Shown piece after piece: positions 51,052-63,270 of a stretch of DNA of 64,000 nt. Within the stretch, counting starts at the first letter, position 1. Each line of letters starts with the position of its first letter. The position numbers were made by a program, and so were the translations under genes. The DNA lies in contig CM052818.1 in assembly GCA_028534125.1 (NCBI GenBank), positions 5,892,001 through 5,956,000 on the forward strand, written 5' to 3'. The DNA is from Lama glama. Its lineage: Eukaryota. Below the pieces are notes generated by a model. That model was not told the origin of the DNA, searched no databases, and worked only from the letters and a program-made list of their open reading frames with translations.

Positions 51052-51749
51052 CTGGAAAGACTTCAAAATGTGGGCCAGAAAAAATAAAGAAATTAACCCA
51101 AGACGTCTGGAAAGGAGAGCATTGTGCTCTGTCAGCTGGAGCCGCAGGGGACCCTGGGGTGTCCTGACTGGAGGAGGATGGGCTGCAGAAACGGCGCCCC
51201 GGGCGGACGGGTTGGCGGGGCCCCTTCCAGCTGGCAGAGGCAATGGGAGCCTTTTGTTCTCCTACACTGGGTGATTTAGCTTGTGGTTCTGATTTTAGGA
51301 TTCTAGGAGAGGAACTCCCCACTTGAGTTCTTACCACTTATTTGGGACTAGAGGCAATGGTCCAGCTCCCTTAGTTGCTTATGTGAGTGGTGGGAGCAGG
51401 AGGCAGAGTGTCCCATGAGGGTCCGCAAATGGAGCCTGTGCCTCAGGCTCAGGACCTTGGGGACACCTGTGCTGGGGCAGCAGGGGCAGGCCCGAGGCAA
51501 ATAGCCCCTGCCTTCTTTCTTCCGAGATGGGCTTGCTCTGGTCCCTGTTCTGTCTGTGATGGCTGGTTTTACCTTTGAGGCACCTATTGATTTTAATTGG
51601 AAACTGTTATCACATCTGTATCTATATGTGATCAACACATGTTGGCCCACAGTGTGATTCCTCTACCCAGGAGCCAGGTGGAAATGCCTTTGGTTTTCTC
51701 AGCATGAATTTATTCTTTTTAGGGACAAGTGCTACCAGCTCTGAGATTG

Positions 51750-52350
51750 TTATATTAAAAAAAAAATCTATTTTTAAAATTTTAGTATAACAACTTACTA
51801 TAACAAATAAAGGCTGTACATTTATATATAATATAACATAATATAATACAAATAATATAATAATAAAGTCTTCACTATATATTTATATTTACCTATTCAT
51901 AGGTATACTGTATATAAATACATAATCTTTATTTGTTGAATAGAAAATAATTGGATTTTTTTAGGGATCTTGGAGACAGAAAAAGAAACAAATAAGAACA
52001 CCCTTTAATTTACTGCTTAGACATAACCTTTATTTGCATTTTGATGTAATTCTTTTCCATCTTTTTTCTATGATTTTGTTTCGAATTATTAAATTGGGAC
52101 GCTATTACACACTGCAAGCATTTTACCGTACATTATTTTTAAACATTTTCCCACTTCATTAAGCATAAAGATGTTATTTTAAAGGGCTTCATAACGTTCC
52201 ATTCTATGAATATTCTCATTGGAGTTAAAGTGTTCCCTTTTTTTTTTTTAACATCATGATGAATATCTTTGTCTGCATTTGTATTTTCTTAGGATAGAAT
52301 TATTGGATTTTAAGGAAGTCTTTTTGAAAATTCTTGAGAGCTGATGGTTA
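51750..52350 (-). mobile_element. AT-rich tract with a degenerate antisense L1ME-type fragment
   Basis: gatgaatatctttgtctgcatttgtattttcttaggataga; aaacattttcccacttcattaa. Confidence 0.5.
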
Positions 52351-52649
52351 TTTTTTGAAATTACAAGGGATTTGCTTTTCTTAGAAAGGGAGAGATCTTA
52401 CCACAACCAGGGAATACTGGGTGCTGAAGTGACTTCCGGCAGAACTAATGAGTCAAACAAACCACAAACAAAACAAACACACACACAAACAAATAAAATA
52501 AACACACTGTATATACACACTAGCTATACTATATATCAATGATATAGTATGTATGTATACGTGTGTGTATGTGTATACGTTTATGTATTTGTGTATACTG
52601 AACAAGGAGAGGGAGGAAGAAAACTCTGCTTCTCTCCCACCCTACTCAC

Positions 52650-52668
52650 CGTGGATTGCTTTTGATCT
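52650..52668 (-). other. Candidate 19-nt micro-exon
   Basis: Minus strand: cccctgtcttcccgcctccctccctccctccctccctcttag|AGATCAAAAGCAATCCACG|gtgagt. Confidence 0.4.
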
Positions 52669-53624
52669 CTAAGAGGGAGGGAGGGAGGGAGGGAGGCGGG
52701 AAGACAGGGGAACAGCTTTAGGGCAAGCTTGGTGATTCTTTGGGCACAAGGAACACTGCGTGGGAGACCTGAGGAGCAGAGCGGAGGAGATGGCCTTTCT
52801 CCCCACTTCTGCATGGGCCCTGGCTCCACGCTGGCCCTCGAGGACCGAGAGCTTGGGTGGCTCCAGCAGGCAGCACCCTGCCTACACATGACTGCTTTCT
52901 TGGGTAGTACACGGTGAAAACTTTGAAGCTCCTTCGGGTGGAGTTTCTAGAAAGGAGGGCGCCTGAGCGGCAGGGAGCGCGTGGAACAGATGCCCGCGGG
53001 TTATGCTCCTGGCGGACGGGTTCGCCAGCGCTTGTGAGATGCCCCTGGGGAGGTGGGGGTCTTGGAACCGAAATCTGTTCGGGTGGCTGCAGGAATTGGA
53101 CTTCGTATTTGAGCATCCAGGGCTTTTTTTTTTTTTTTTTTTTGGCCAATGAGAGGTGTGTTTAACTGCTGCTCCTGTGACTTTTATCTGTGTCCACAAC
53201 TTGGCCACGCTGAGGGTTGTTGGCTTTCATATATGGAATACTCCATTCATCGAGATGAAGAAAATAGAGTGGAAACCGAAAAAAGAGGGGAAATGGTGAT
53301 TAAAGGGGAAAACATGAAGCCGTGCAAATCTCAAGTTTGCAGAAACTGGAGCTTGGAGTGAGAAGGAGGCTCAGACTTGCAGAACGTACAGGCTGGAAGG
53401 AACAGCAAGGTCCTCTTCCATTTCAACGCCTTCATTTTACAGAGGAGGCATCCGAGGCCCTGAGGGAGTTGCCACTTCCTCCAAGTCACGCAGAGAGTCG
53501 GTGTGAGCCAGCGCGCAGGTCTGCTGACACTTCAACCGGAGCCCCGTCCTCTGCCTGCCGCTGCCTCTCTGGTCAAGGACCTGCAGCCTGTAGGTGCTAT
53601 TAACGAGGGGGCAGTGCTCACGAG

Positions 53625-53980
53625 TTGTTGGTCCGTTTGGGCTTCTCTGTCAGAGCACCATAGAGCGGGGAGCTTTATTTCTCACAGTTCCGGAGGATGG
53701 AAGTCCAAGATCAGGCACCAGCGTGGTTCCGGTGACGGCCCTTTTCCCGCTGGCAGACTGCCGACGTCTCCTCGTATCCCCGCTGGCAGAGTGAGAGATG
53801 GTGTACGCAAGCTCTCTCTCCAGTCTTCTTATCAGGGCACTAATCCCATTCGTGAAGGTTCGTCTTCACGACCTTATTTACTCCTGGTCACTCCCAGAGG
53901 CCTCCCCTCCAAATACCGTCACACCGTGGGTAGGGTATCAAGATGTGAGTTTGCGGTGGGCGCAGAGGGTAGCATCGCAC
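53625..53980 (-). mobile_element. MLT1A-like (MaLR) solo LTR
   Basis: tttatttctcacagttccggaggatggaagtccaagatcagg...tcttatcagggcactaatcccattcgtgaagg...cccagaggcctcccctccaaataccgtcac. Confidence 0.85.
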
Positions 53981-54004
53981 ACAGAAGGCACACAGGTGTT
54001 GGGA

Positions 54005-54150
54005 CAGTGTTCTCCTGTCCTGGCTGCTTTAGAATCTCCCGGGAGCTTTGTGCAGCCCCGATGCCCGGGCTGCCCCTCAGATTGATGACATGAGCGTCTC
54101 TGACGGTGAGACCCTGGCATCAGTATCCCCCGGGATCCAGCTCCCCCGGG
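54005..54150. mobile_element. MER5A-like fragment
   Basis: ctggctgctttagaatctcccgggagcttt...gatgcccgggctgcccctcaga...ccctggcatcagtat. Confidence 0.55.
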
Positions 54151-54499
54151 GATGGCAGGCAGAGTCAGGGCCCCTGTGCGAGAGGGGTGGCACGTCGCCG
54201 TGTCACCACAGGGCCCGGGTCCTGGTGTTCACCTGGCATCAGGAGCCGTACTGCCCGCACCCCTGGCCCGCTTGTTACCTGGTGACTACCGGATGTGAAG
54301 TCAGGGTCTAGCCTGGCCGGTTTCTGAAGCTCCTCCCAGTTTGAGAACCTGAGAGTCTAAGTAAAAGGAAATAGACATCGTGCTCGAATAGCCTTAAGGA
54401 AGCCCACCTTTTCGATTCCTTGCGATTCTTCTTGGCTCTTTATTTCCTCCCACAGAGATTCCTATGAGCGCTTCACGATTTCTTAAAGAAAAAGAAATG

Positions 54500-55560
54500 A
54501 AAACGCATCGGGTTGCCTTGAAATCACTGGAGAGCTGCACAGGGCCCCGGTGTCTGGGGTGATGACTGAGGAGGTTGCGGGGACTGACACAGGCTGTGTG
54601 CTCCAGCGCTCCGTTCCCCCGCTCCCACCCCTCGGGGCCCCTTCACACTCCCCACAACCTCCCAGGACCTAGCGGTGGAAACACCAGCGTAATGCTTATG
54701 AAGTCACGCCCCACGAGGTTTGGTCTTGGAGCAGCGTTACGGCTGAAAGAACACAGTCCATGCAATCAGAAGTTATTTCGAAATAAATCAAGTCCTCTAC
54801 TTAACTTCGCAGATGCCCGGGGTGAACAGCAAGAGGGCCCCCAAGGCTGCCCGACTCCCCTTTCTTCCCTGAATATGCCCCCCGCCCCCACGCAGGCCGC
54901 CAGGCTTTCCAAACTCTCCCCCAAGGCNNNNNNNNNNNNNNNNNNNNNNNNNNNNNNNNNNNNNNNNNNNNNNNNNNNNNNNNNNNNNNNNNNNNNNNNN
55001 NNNNNNNNNNNNNNNNNNNNNNNNNNNGGACCCCCCGGGCTGGCGGCGGGGACCGAGGCTGCTGGCGCTGAACAGGCTGTTGCTGGGAGTCGGGTGCCCG
55101 CTGCCGGGACGCGGGTGCGGAGGGAGCGAGGGAGTGCGGGCCTGGGCTGCCTGGAAGCCAAGACCGGCTTGGGGCACCTCTTGAGGCGCTTCCCTTGCGC
55201 TTTTCACGGACGCAAGGGGTACCGAGCAGCGTCTCAGGTCGGGCTCTCTCCCCGTGGAGCCTACGGGGTCACAAACGCGGCTGTGAAACCGGAGCTTCAT
55301 CAGGCCCGCCGACTCCGTCACTTTGAGAACATGTCAGAAACAGGCTGAGGGAACTTGATAAAGGTTTCCTTGGCGTTTTCCTGAACGCAGGGCAGAGAAC
55401 TCTCTTCTAGGGGGTTTATTTATTGCCCCAGTTTTCTTTTTCTTTGTCTGGAGCCCGTGGGGTCAAGGCTGAGGGACTGGAGGGAAAGCCCTGGCCACGT
55501 GACGTCATTTTACGGGCGGGGTGTCTCAGTCTCCTCCTCTGTGGATGTGGAGGAGATTCT
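54500..55560. promoter_or_regulatory. CpG island / probable promoter (interrupted by an assembly gap)
   Basis: High GC and CpG density on both sides of the gap. GC boxes ccccgccccc (~54880-54889) and gggcgggg (55514-55521); CACGTG/TGACGTCA at 55496-55507. Confidence 0.7.
54928..55027. other. Assembly gap (100 N)
   Basis: Exactly 100 N, a conventional placeholder for a gap of unknown size. Confidence 0.99.
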
Positions 55561-55959
55561 GTAGTGTGAGGGGAGGCCAGGCTCTGAAGACGGCCTGGAG
55601 CCCTCTTTGGGGTCACACAGCACGTGGGGAGCTGGGTGGAGAGTCATGAAACAGACTTGACATAGAGAAGGAACTACCGACTCGTGGGCAGGAGGGTACA
55701 TGTTAAAACATACCCTATTCTGACGCGGAAAAGGGGAACGGAGCCATCACTGCCGACTGCATCCACCGTGTGTTTGTACCAGTTTCGCTCTGCCCAGGAT
55801 TCGTTTTCTCTCCACCCCACTGACAGCAGCCTCAGCATCAGGGCAGAAATTCCAAAGCTTGGAAAGCCACTCACGGAGGCCCCAAGCCAGTGACCACAGG
55901 GACTTAGGGGAACGGGAAAAAAAAGTCTTCTACAAAAACCTGTTCTCTACTTGGCAAGT

Positions 55960-56180
55960 CGCTGAGTGAAATCGGGGAAGAGACGGGTTTTGGAGCCAGA
56001 TTTCCTTGGGCTTACATGATGCATTAACTTTGTGAGTTCAAGCCTCTACGTTTTTGCATCTGTACAAAGTGCGTATTAGTAATTTTCCCTACTTCATCCA
56101 GTCATTGGAGGATTAAATGAGATCACATTGTGGCGTGTCTGGCACGGTGCCTGGCTTGTAGTAGATGCATAATAAATGCC
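55960..56180 (+). mobile_element. MIR SINE
   Basis: tttggagccagatttcc...gcatctgtacaaagtg...gaggattaaatgagat...ggcacggtgcctggc. Confidence 0.75.
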
Positions 56181-56839
56181 ACGTTTCTCTCCTTCCTTAG
56201 GTGCACAAACCCAGAATAATACTTCAAGGGAGTTTTTTCAGAGGATCAATTACTTTTGTTCTGCAGCACCAGTTCCTAGCTGGCAGAAATGAGTGTACAG
56301 GGTTGAGTTCTTTTTAAAATATGGGTGAATGTGTAACCTCTAAGCAAATAAAGTGGTGTTGGGTGTCTTCATGGTAGAGAGCTAAGGAAATGGAAAGCGC
56401 GCTCCTGTCCTCCCCACATCTACAGTGAGGCTGGGAAGACAAGGTACATGCAACTGTCAACATTCCCAGATGAGGAATAAAGACATTCGTCCTGTCCCTG
56501 GCTTGCTTGGTTATTAAGGCTTCTAAACACACCGCCAGCCGCCCTCAGGCAGCTGGTTCCCACAGTCCTCTTGCGTGGGACCAAGTGCAGCCTCTGTGTC
56601 CCCGGGTGACTCACTGCTGTAGCTCTGCTCCGGACACCCCACGCCACCACCGCTGTGGGCTCTGCTCTGGGCCCCCGTCTGCTCGCAGGTTTGCTAGAGC
56701 TGATCCCTGAGGAAGCTGGGGCTGAGGACGCCATCCAGCCTGGGCACCAGCTCTTCCCCAGAGAGCTGCCTTTTCCCTCCTGCCCCAAGTGGAAGATTCT
56801 CCATGGGGCACCTGTTTCCAGCCACCTTAGACAGTAACG

Positions 56840-57050
56840 TTCGTGATGACCAGCTTGGACTTTGGAGCCAGAATGCGTGGGTTCACGTTCTATTTCCACT
56901 GCCTTCTAACTATGACTTTGTGAGAATTCCTAGTGAAGTTTCAGTTTCTATGTCTGGAAAGTTAGTACCCATCTCGTTCTGAGGACTAATGAGAGGACTT
57001 AAATTTAGCATGCACATAGTGGGCCACCAGGAAGTGTTTGCTGTTCTTAG
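56840..57050 (+). mobile_element. MIR SINE
   Basis: ggactttggagccagaatgcgtgggttc...tttcagtttctatgtctggaaa. Confidence 0.7.
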
Positions 57051-60000
57051 CTCACGATGGCAGTTTTAGGTGGGAAATGTGTGCTGCACTTACCTTTTCT
57101 TTGTCGTATTTCCCCCAAGGCTGGGCCACTGGTCCTCTCTCACCTCCTGCTCAACTCTCTCTTTGGGTCCCAGGATGGGACACACAATCTTCAGTTCAGC
57201 CCTGCATTTGAGAAGGCAGCTTCCCTCCTCATGGGATTGCTTCCTTTCATACCAAGACTTTGCCATAGTTTTCAAATCCCTGTGCTAGTCTGAGACTCTT
57301 AATCCTGGCCTCTAGTAAGACACTCCAACTGTGCAGAAGTGGTTCTTCAAATAGCCTGGGGCCTTTCACGCAGCTCAGGGGCCAGGGGTCTGCTCGACAC
57401 CTTTGAAGTCCAAGAAAGGATGTGAAGATCAGGCACCCTTGAGATCCTTATTAAAACCAACAGTGGAAGCCATTTTCACAAGAATGATGCAAATGATAAA
57501 TGCTCCTTGGCGTCCAGAGAAGGGACTTCCAATTCTGTGCAAGGAGGATGCCCTCGTAACAGTCTAGGGTTTGAACTTCATCAGTGATGGTCTCAAAGGA
57601 GTCACTCTCGGTTTTTCCAACCATAAAATGGTGATGCTCTGGAAGGGTCATCCTGACTAGAGAAATCAAATACAGGCTTCAGGGCAGCCCCAGATGGGGA
57701 AGAAGAGGGGGTGGGGGTAGGAAGAGCCTGGGTATTCCACGGGGGGGCTGGAAATGTCTGTCAGTCAGAGAAAGGGAGGAGAGCCCTAGGCAAACAAAGA
57801 AGGCAAAGTGGAGAAGATGGTGAGGAAATCAGAGGAGTAAGAGAACAGAGGGGAAGAGGGAAGGAACATGAGAAACCCAGGCGGCCATTTAAGATAGTGA
57901 AGGCAGGTGCACACAGACTGCAGAAGAAAACAGGCTCAGGTCTCTAAGATTACGCACCTTCAACTGCAAAGCACAGTGAGCATCTTGAAAGCATCTTGTC
58001 TCAAGTGCGTGATACTTAGAAGTAGATTTTAACACTAAACAAGAAAATGTAGGTGAGAGGTGGTGGGGCCTGGAAATGACCTCACAGGTGTGCAGTCTAG
58101 ACCCTTGCTCTCCGGACACACAGACTTGAATTTGATGAAAATGAGAGTTTGTTTGATTCTCTGCTATGATCTCATCCTTGACCCATGGTGGCACTTCTTG
58201 GAATGACTTCCATAGGTTTCACTCTGCCATATTGTAAGGTAACACCGATTTGCTTTAGGAAAGTGATTTAAAAATCTATCATTGATCTAGGGAAATCTTT
58301 TAAGGTCTATGACATTCTGTGGCTCAGCAAGGTCAATTTTTGTTCCAAAGTCTCCAAAGAAAACCCTTCTTGCTATAGGTTTGATTGATTTATTTTAAAT
58401 AGCAGTATCATTCCTTCTTGTACTCTGTAAGCCATCTTGGTTTTAAATTTAGTTCTCTAAGATCTCCAAACTCATTCGACTCATAAGAAAGAGCATCAGT
58501 CTCTCTTCTGTAATTCCTTTTCATGGCCTGAGTCCTTCCGGTGCTCCAACAGTCCTGTTAATAAGGTGGCATTGCCCCAGGGTGTGATCGGGCACTTGCG
58601 TGGGACCTTGTAAGAGGCTACCCTGAAACTCAGCCTAGTATCTGGCCTCTGGGATGATCTTAAACCTAATGGATAAATACTGAATACAAACAACTAAGAA
58701 ATCATTAGACCACTTGCTTAAGCAGCAGCAGATTAGTAAACCAAGGACAATGATGCTAAATGATGGATTTGATACTCTAGAGTTCAACCTCCGTCAGGGT
58801 TCCTGGGCCTGGGCCTGAACAGCCCTCCATGGTCCCTCTTCATGTTCCCTCGTTCGTCTCTGCCCACAAACTGGGCATCTCGCACGCAGGGAGCTCCTCA
58901 CAGACGTCTGTCCTGCACCAGTTGTGTGAGAGACCAAAGCTTCAGCCCCTACGATGACGACCTTGTGATCTTGACTTACTTACCCCATAACCAGAGCTCC
59001 TCCTGACTAGAAGAGGTAAAACCAACACTGTATATTGTCCATGTGGTTCTGGATCTGTCATCAAACCCGCGAGGACTCAGTGTGTGTGTTTGTTACTGTG
59101 AGCTGAGGTGATGGGGAGGATTGGATGACATCGTGTGTGAAAGGGCTTGAAAAGCTGTAAAATGCTAAATCAGGGTAAGAACTGCCTCTAAGCTGAATGG
59201 GGTTAGAGGCACGAGTGCTACCAGAGGCCCACACACCACCTTTCTGCTTTTGTAACGACTTGAAAGGCCTGGTTTGAATTGAGAATATTGGGGTTCTTTG
59301 GACTTCCTTGGCCCCTTCCTACACATCTTCCCTTCTTTTTCCACCCCCTGCCTCCCCGTCCTACCGCCAAGGACTTTGTGTGGGCATCTTAGTTCACTGG
59401 CTCAAGCGCTCAACCTCCCCTCCAAGCCGCTGTGCCCTGGCTAACTCCACGGCCCAGGGGTGTGCCAGGACTCAGGAAAGGGAATCAGAGTGGCTCTGTG
59501 TTTTGATGCTTTTGCTGAACCATGGGGTTTTTTTTTCCTTTCCTTTTCTCTTTTTTCCCTCCTCCCCCTCTCTCCTTTCCCTTCTCTTTCCTTTGAAAGT
59601 GATCGAAATTTGTCAAAATGCAAGAGCCACTTGTCTGGGTTCCAAAAAGTCGATCGTTATCCTTACAGCATTTTTCCTAGCACAGATGACCACGTACCAA
59701 AAATATTTAATGGCTGAAGAATGGATTTTGTCTTTGTGATTTTTTTTTTATATTTCTGGAATTCCCCAAACAAGTTTCTACCCTCTGACCCTTTCCTTCT
59801 TTTCCTGGGTTTTGTTTCTATTTTAAACAAGCTGCAGTGAGTAATACAGTTGAGACTTGTTTTAGTCTCAGTGCGAAATACTACCCACTGGTGTGTGAGT
59901 AACAGTGCTCCTGCCATCAGTGATTATATTTAGTTAATAAAGGGCCCTGAGAATACACACAAGATTTTGGGGATGCAGTTTTAAATGTACGTGGAGACTG

Positions 60001-60789
60001 CTTATTCCCTTATCGAATATTTAAGTGGCTTCCTCTCCATAGCGTGATGGCTTAAGATCCAAAAGGTACCGGAAGACATCAATGTAAGAAAGTATTGATC
60101 TAATGCAGTTGACTGTTGACGACTACAGAGGAAATTACCACCACCGTTAGCGAGAGTTGCAAGACTGGTTTTAAACTGGAGGTCACAACTTCGAAAATGA
60201 AAGATCATTTGGAATTGATGCTTCTAGAGGTTTTGCCCTAGTCGTAACAGTCCCTTGCCTCCTTACACGGTATTTGGATATACATACTATAAAAATAAGG
60301 CCTAACTTGGAATAGCACAGGCCTCCCGAGGCATGACTCTCCAGGTCTCCTACGGAAGCTCTGTGCAGATTCATACCGGTGGTTCAGAGTGGGTGAGCGC
60401 GGAGCATCATGGGTCTGAGGAGGAGCATCGGGGGTCAGGCTCACCCAGGACTAGATGAGATCCTATGTGAGAATCACTGGATCTGCAGATGATGATGTTT
60501 AAAAGGAGGAGCTGTCGTATCTCTCAGCAAATATTGGGGTCCAGCCTTACAAGAGTCAAAAAAGGCCAACATGAAATCAGAGCTGGCTTACAGGTTTACT
60601 CTCCCAGGCTCCCCACCAACTGATTGATGTTAGAAGTTCCACCAACAGGGCTCAATCCACTAAACTTAAGGCTTTAATATCTATCAGTTCCATTTATCTT
60701 TTCTGGTTGAAAGTCTGGGAACCAAGATGGACGTTTTGATGCCACTACTTTGTTGCAGCTATTTGTCACCAAGGGCCTCTCATGACACC

Positions 60790-61050
60790 AATAATAAGAG
60801 CTAATTCTTACAGAGTAATTATTATGGTTGACTCTATGCTAAGTCCTCCACAGGCATTTCCTCATTTAATCCTTACAGGTTATAGTAACCCTATGAGATA
60901 CTGTTACTGTATTTATTACACGAGAGAGAAAGTCGAGGACAGAGATGTTAAATAATTTAACCAAGATGACAAAGCTGTGAGATGGTGAGGCCAGGATTCA
61001 ATGTGGACAGTGGGGTCCGACAAAACTCCGTCATCTTCATCCCTCTGAAC
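60790..61050 (-). mobile_element. MIR SINE
   Basis: ataataagagctaattctt...cctcatttaatcctt...gaggacagagatgttaaataattt...gccaggattcaa. Confidence 0.8.
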
Positions 61051-62347
61051 ATCTAATTTACAGAATTCTTAGTGAGGACTTTAATTTCTACAGGTTTGGG
61101 AGTATAGATCTGAGCTGATCTTCTGTAGACGCTATGGGATCAGAGACCCAGCTAACATCTGGTTTACACGTCTTAATAAAGAGCCAGAAAAGAGTGAATT
61201 CTATTGATTTCTGGGAGGCAATATAACAGAGTTCTGGGGGCCCTGAGTTTGAGATCCTAGGGAACAAAAGGATCCCCCAAATTGTCTGTACTCCAAAGAG
61301 TGTGAGAAAAGGAAACAATTGCCCCATCTGAGTAACAATTCAGAACCCCACTGCCAGGCTGGTAAAAGGCAGTGATTGATGCAGGCAGAGATGTTTGTCC
61401 TTTACCACAGACCATGGCTGTTGGTTCCATCAGGGCCTGGAACAGCTCCAGAAGCAGGCTGGTCCCTGGCGCTGATCCGCCAGCTCACCCCCACCTCCCC
61501 TACAACCTGGAGCTTTTGGATTGAATGTCCCAGGAACCGCCGTCGTATTGGCCTGAAGTTTCCAGTTCTACAAATCTGATCTCTCCCCAAGGCTTACCTT
61601 GATGTTGATTCCAAGTCTAGTGTACGGGGCTGACGATGATGTAAGAGACGAATGCTTGAAAACTGAACTTGGATCCTTTTCAGGGCTGTGGCAGAGTCTT
61701 AGGGGCTGAGTGGGTGGTGAGGGGAAAACTCAAGCCAGGAATATACCAGATTCTCTGGGATGTGTTCCTGCAAACTTGAATGCGCACACTGCCGCAATGG
61801 AGCGTCATAAGCTCCCCTTCCAAAATCATTGCCGAATGCAAATGGTGGTTTCCCCAAATGCAAAATGTGGGACAATGACCTTAAATGCTTTGCTGAACCT
61901 TAGAGGGACAGTGGTAACAAACACGTTTGCAAACTCATTATTCATGATATATTGCAACAGTGAGTTTCAAAGAATTAAAATGTAATTCATTTAAATGATG
62001 TAAATAAAAATCATTGTATTGCACTTAAAATACTGAACTAGATTTTATACCATCTTTTAAAAATGTATGACTATCATGGTAATGCTTATTAAAAATGATC
62101 TTTTTCATGCCTTTTCTGATGTTCAGTGACTCTTTGCCTTGACTATAGCCCAAGGGTGCCCAGATTTTGACTTTCACAGGCTGGTCAAACAAAATGTGAA
62201 TAACAACAAAAACAAAAACAACAGGTACAGTAAATATAGTAATAATAAGAGGGGACTGACATAAGACTTGGAACTTTAAAACTTTTAATTTATTTTCTAA
62301 TTGCATAAGTAGTAGCTAAATGCATTCTTTTTATTTAAAAAATGTAA

Positions 62348-62423
62348 ACAATGTTGCGTTATTTTCAGGTGTACAGCATAGTGATTCTGTTATTGTAAAT
62401 CAACTATACTTCCATTTAAAAAA
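62348..62423 (+). mobile_element. Tiny L1 3' end with a 5' inversion
   Basis: 62348-62392 is antisense L1 terminus; 62393-62423 is the sense continuation plus an A-tail. Confidence 0.75.
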
Positions 62424-63119
62424 GAGGCAAAATTAGGGTTTAAAAAGGCAAGTCTACAAGAAAGGATAAATGGAAACCTTATCATGTTTTCACTACAGAT
62501 GAGTGAAAATTTCATCAAGGATGAGCCTGGTGCCAGAATCTGATTTGGAGAACCTGTGCCTGAATCTAGCCTCAAAAACAAAAGAGCTCTTCTTCCGAAT
62601 CGCTCTTCTGAAGGAAACAAGGGAAGGTGGCAGGTCAGGGTGGCCGATTTCTCTTATCTGCTGAGGTGCTTGCGGGCCCCACCTCCTGCTCCCGTAGGAG
62701 GCGCCAAAGGGGAGACTTAGCTGTGGGCCAGGCTGCGTGCACTGCCTGGGACTGCCTGCTCGCACCAGCGAGCTCTGGCTGCTTCTTGCTCTCAAGAACT
62801 GCTGGCTTCTGAGTGTGGGGCTGCTTCCTAAATTGTGGCTGGTGTCCCTGGGAGTATAGCAGACGAACTTATGAGGTGGCAAATAGACAAACGTTCTTCA
62901 TTTGTATGTATGTCCAATATAATATATATAATATTCAGTATAAGCTTCTTCAATATATAATACTACATGTTAGTTTAATATTCATTACAGAAAAAGAAAA
63001 TCCAAAGATATTTAATATCTAATGGAAGAGACATGGGTTGATTGAAAGAAAAATATTTGAAATTGGATCTGCACATACCGACAGAAAAAAAAATCAACGA
63101 AGTCGAAGTAAAGGAGGTT

Positions 63120-63270
63120 CTCTCATGATTTCCTCAGCCTTTTTTGAATCCCAGTCTCCTCATCTTTCAGACGGACTTGGTAATACCTCCCTCACTGGAA
63201 TGTCATGACGAGCAGATGGTGCAGACCTTAGAAAGGGCCGGGCACACACAGGATGTGAATAAATGAGGTT
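63120..63270 (+). mobile_element. MIR fragment
   Basis: cccagtctcctcatctttcagacggacttggtaatacctccctcac. Confidence 0.55.

Noticed and set aside
54575..55348. Long ORFs (257, 174 and 131 aa) across the CpG island
   Set aside because: They read through 100 N and reflect stop-codon scarcity in GC-rich DNA; no recognisable protein.
61845..62200. Possible hAT-Blackjack-type DNA transposon remnant
   Set aside because: Only vague terminal similarity; I could not define terminal inverted repeats or a TSD.
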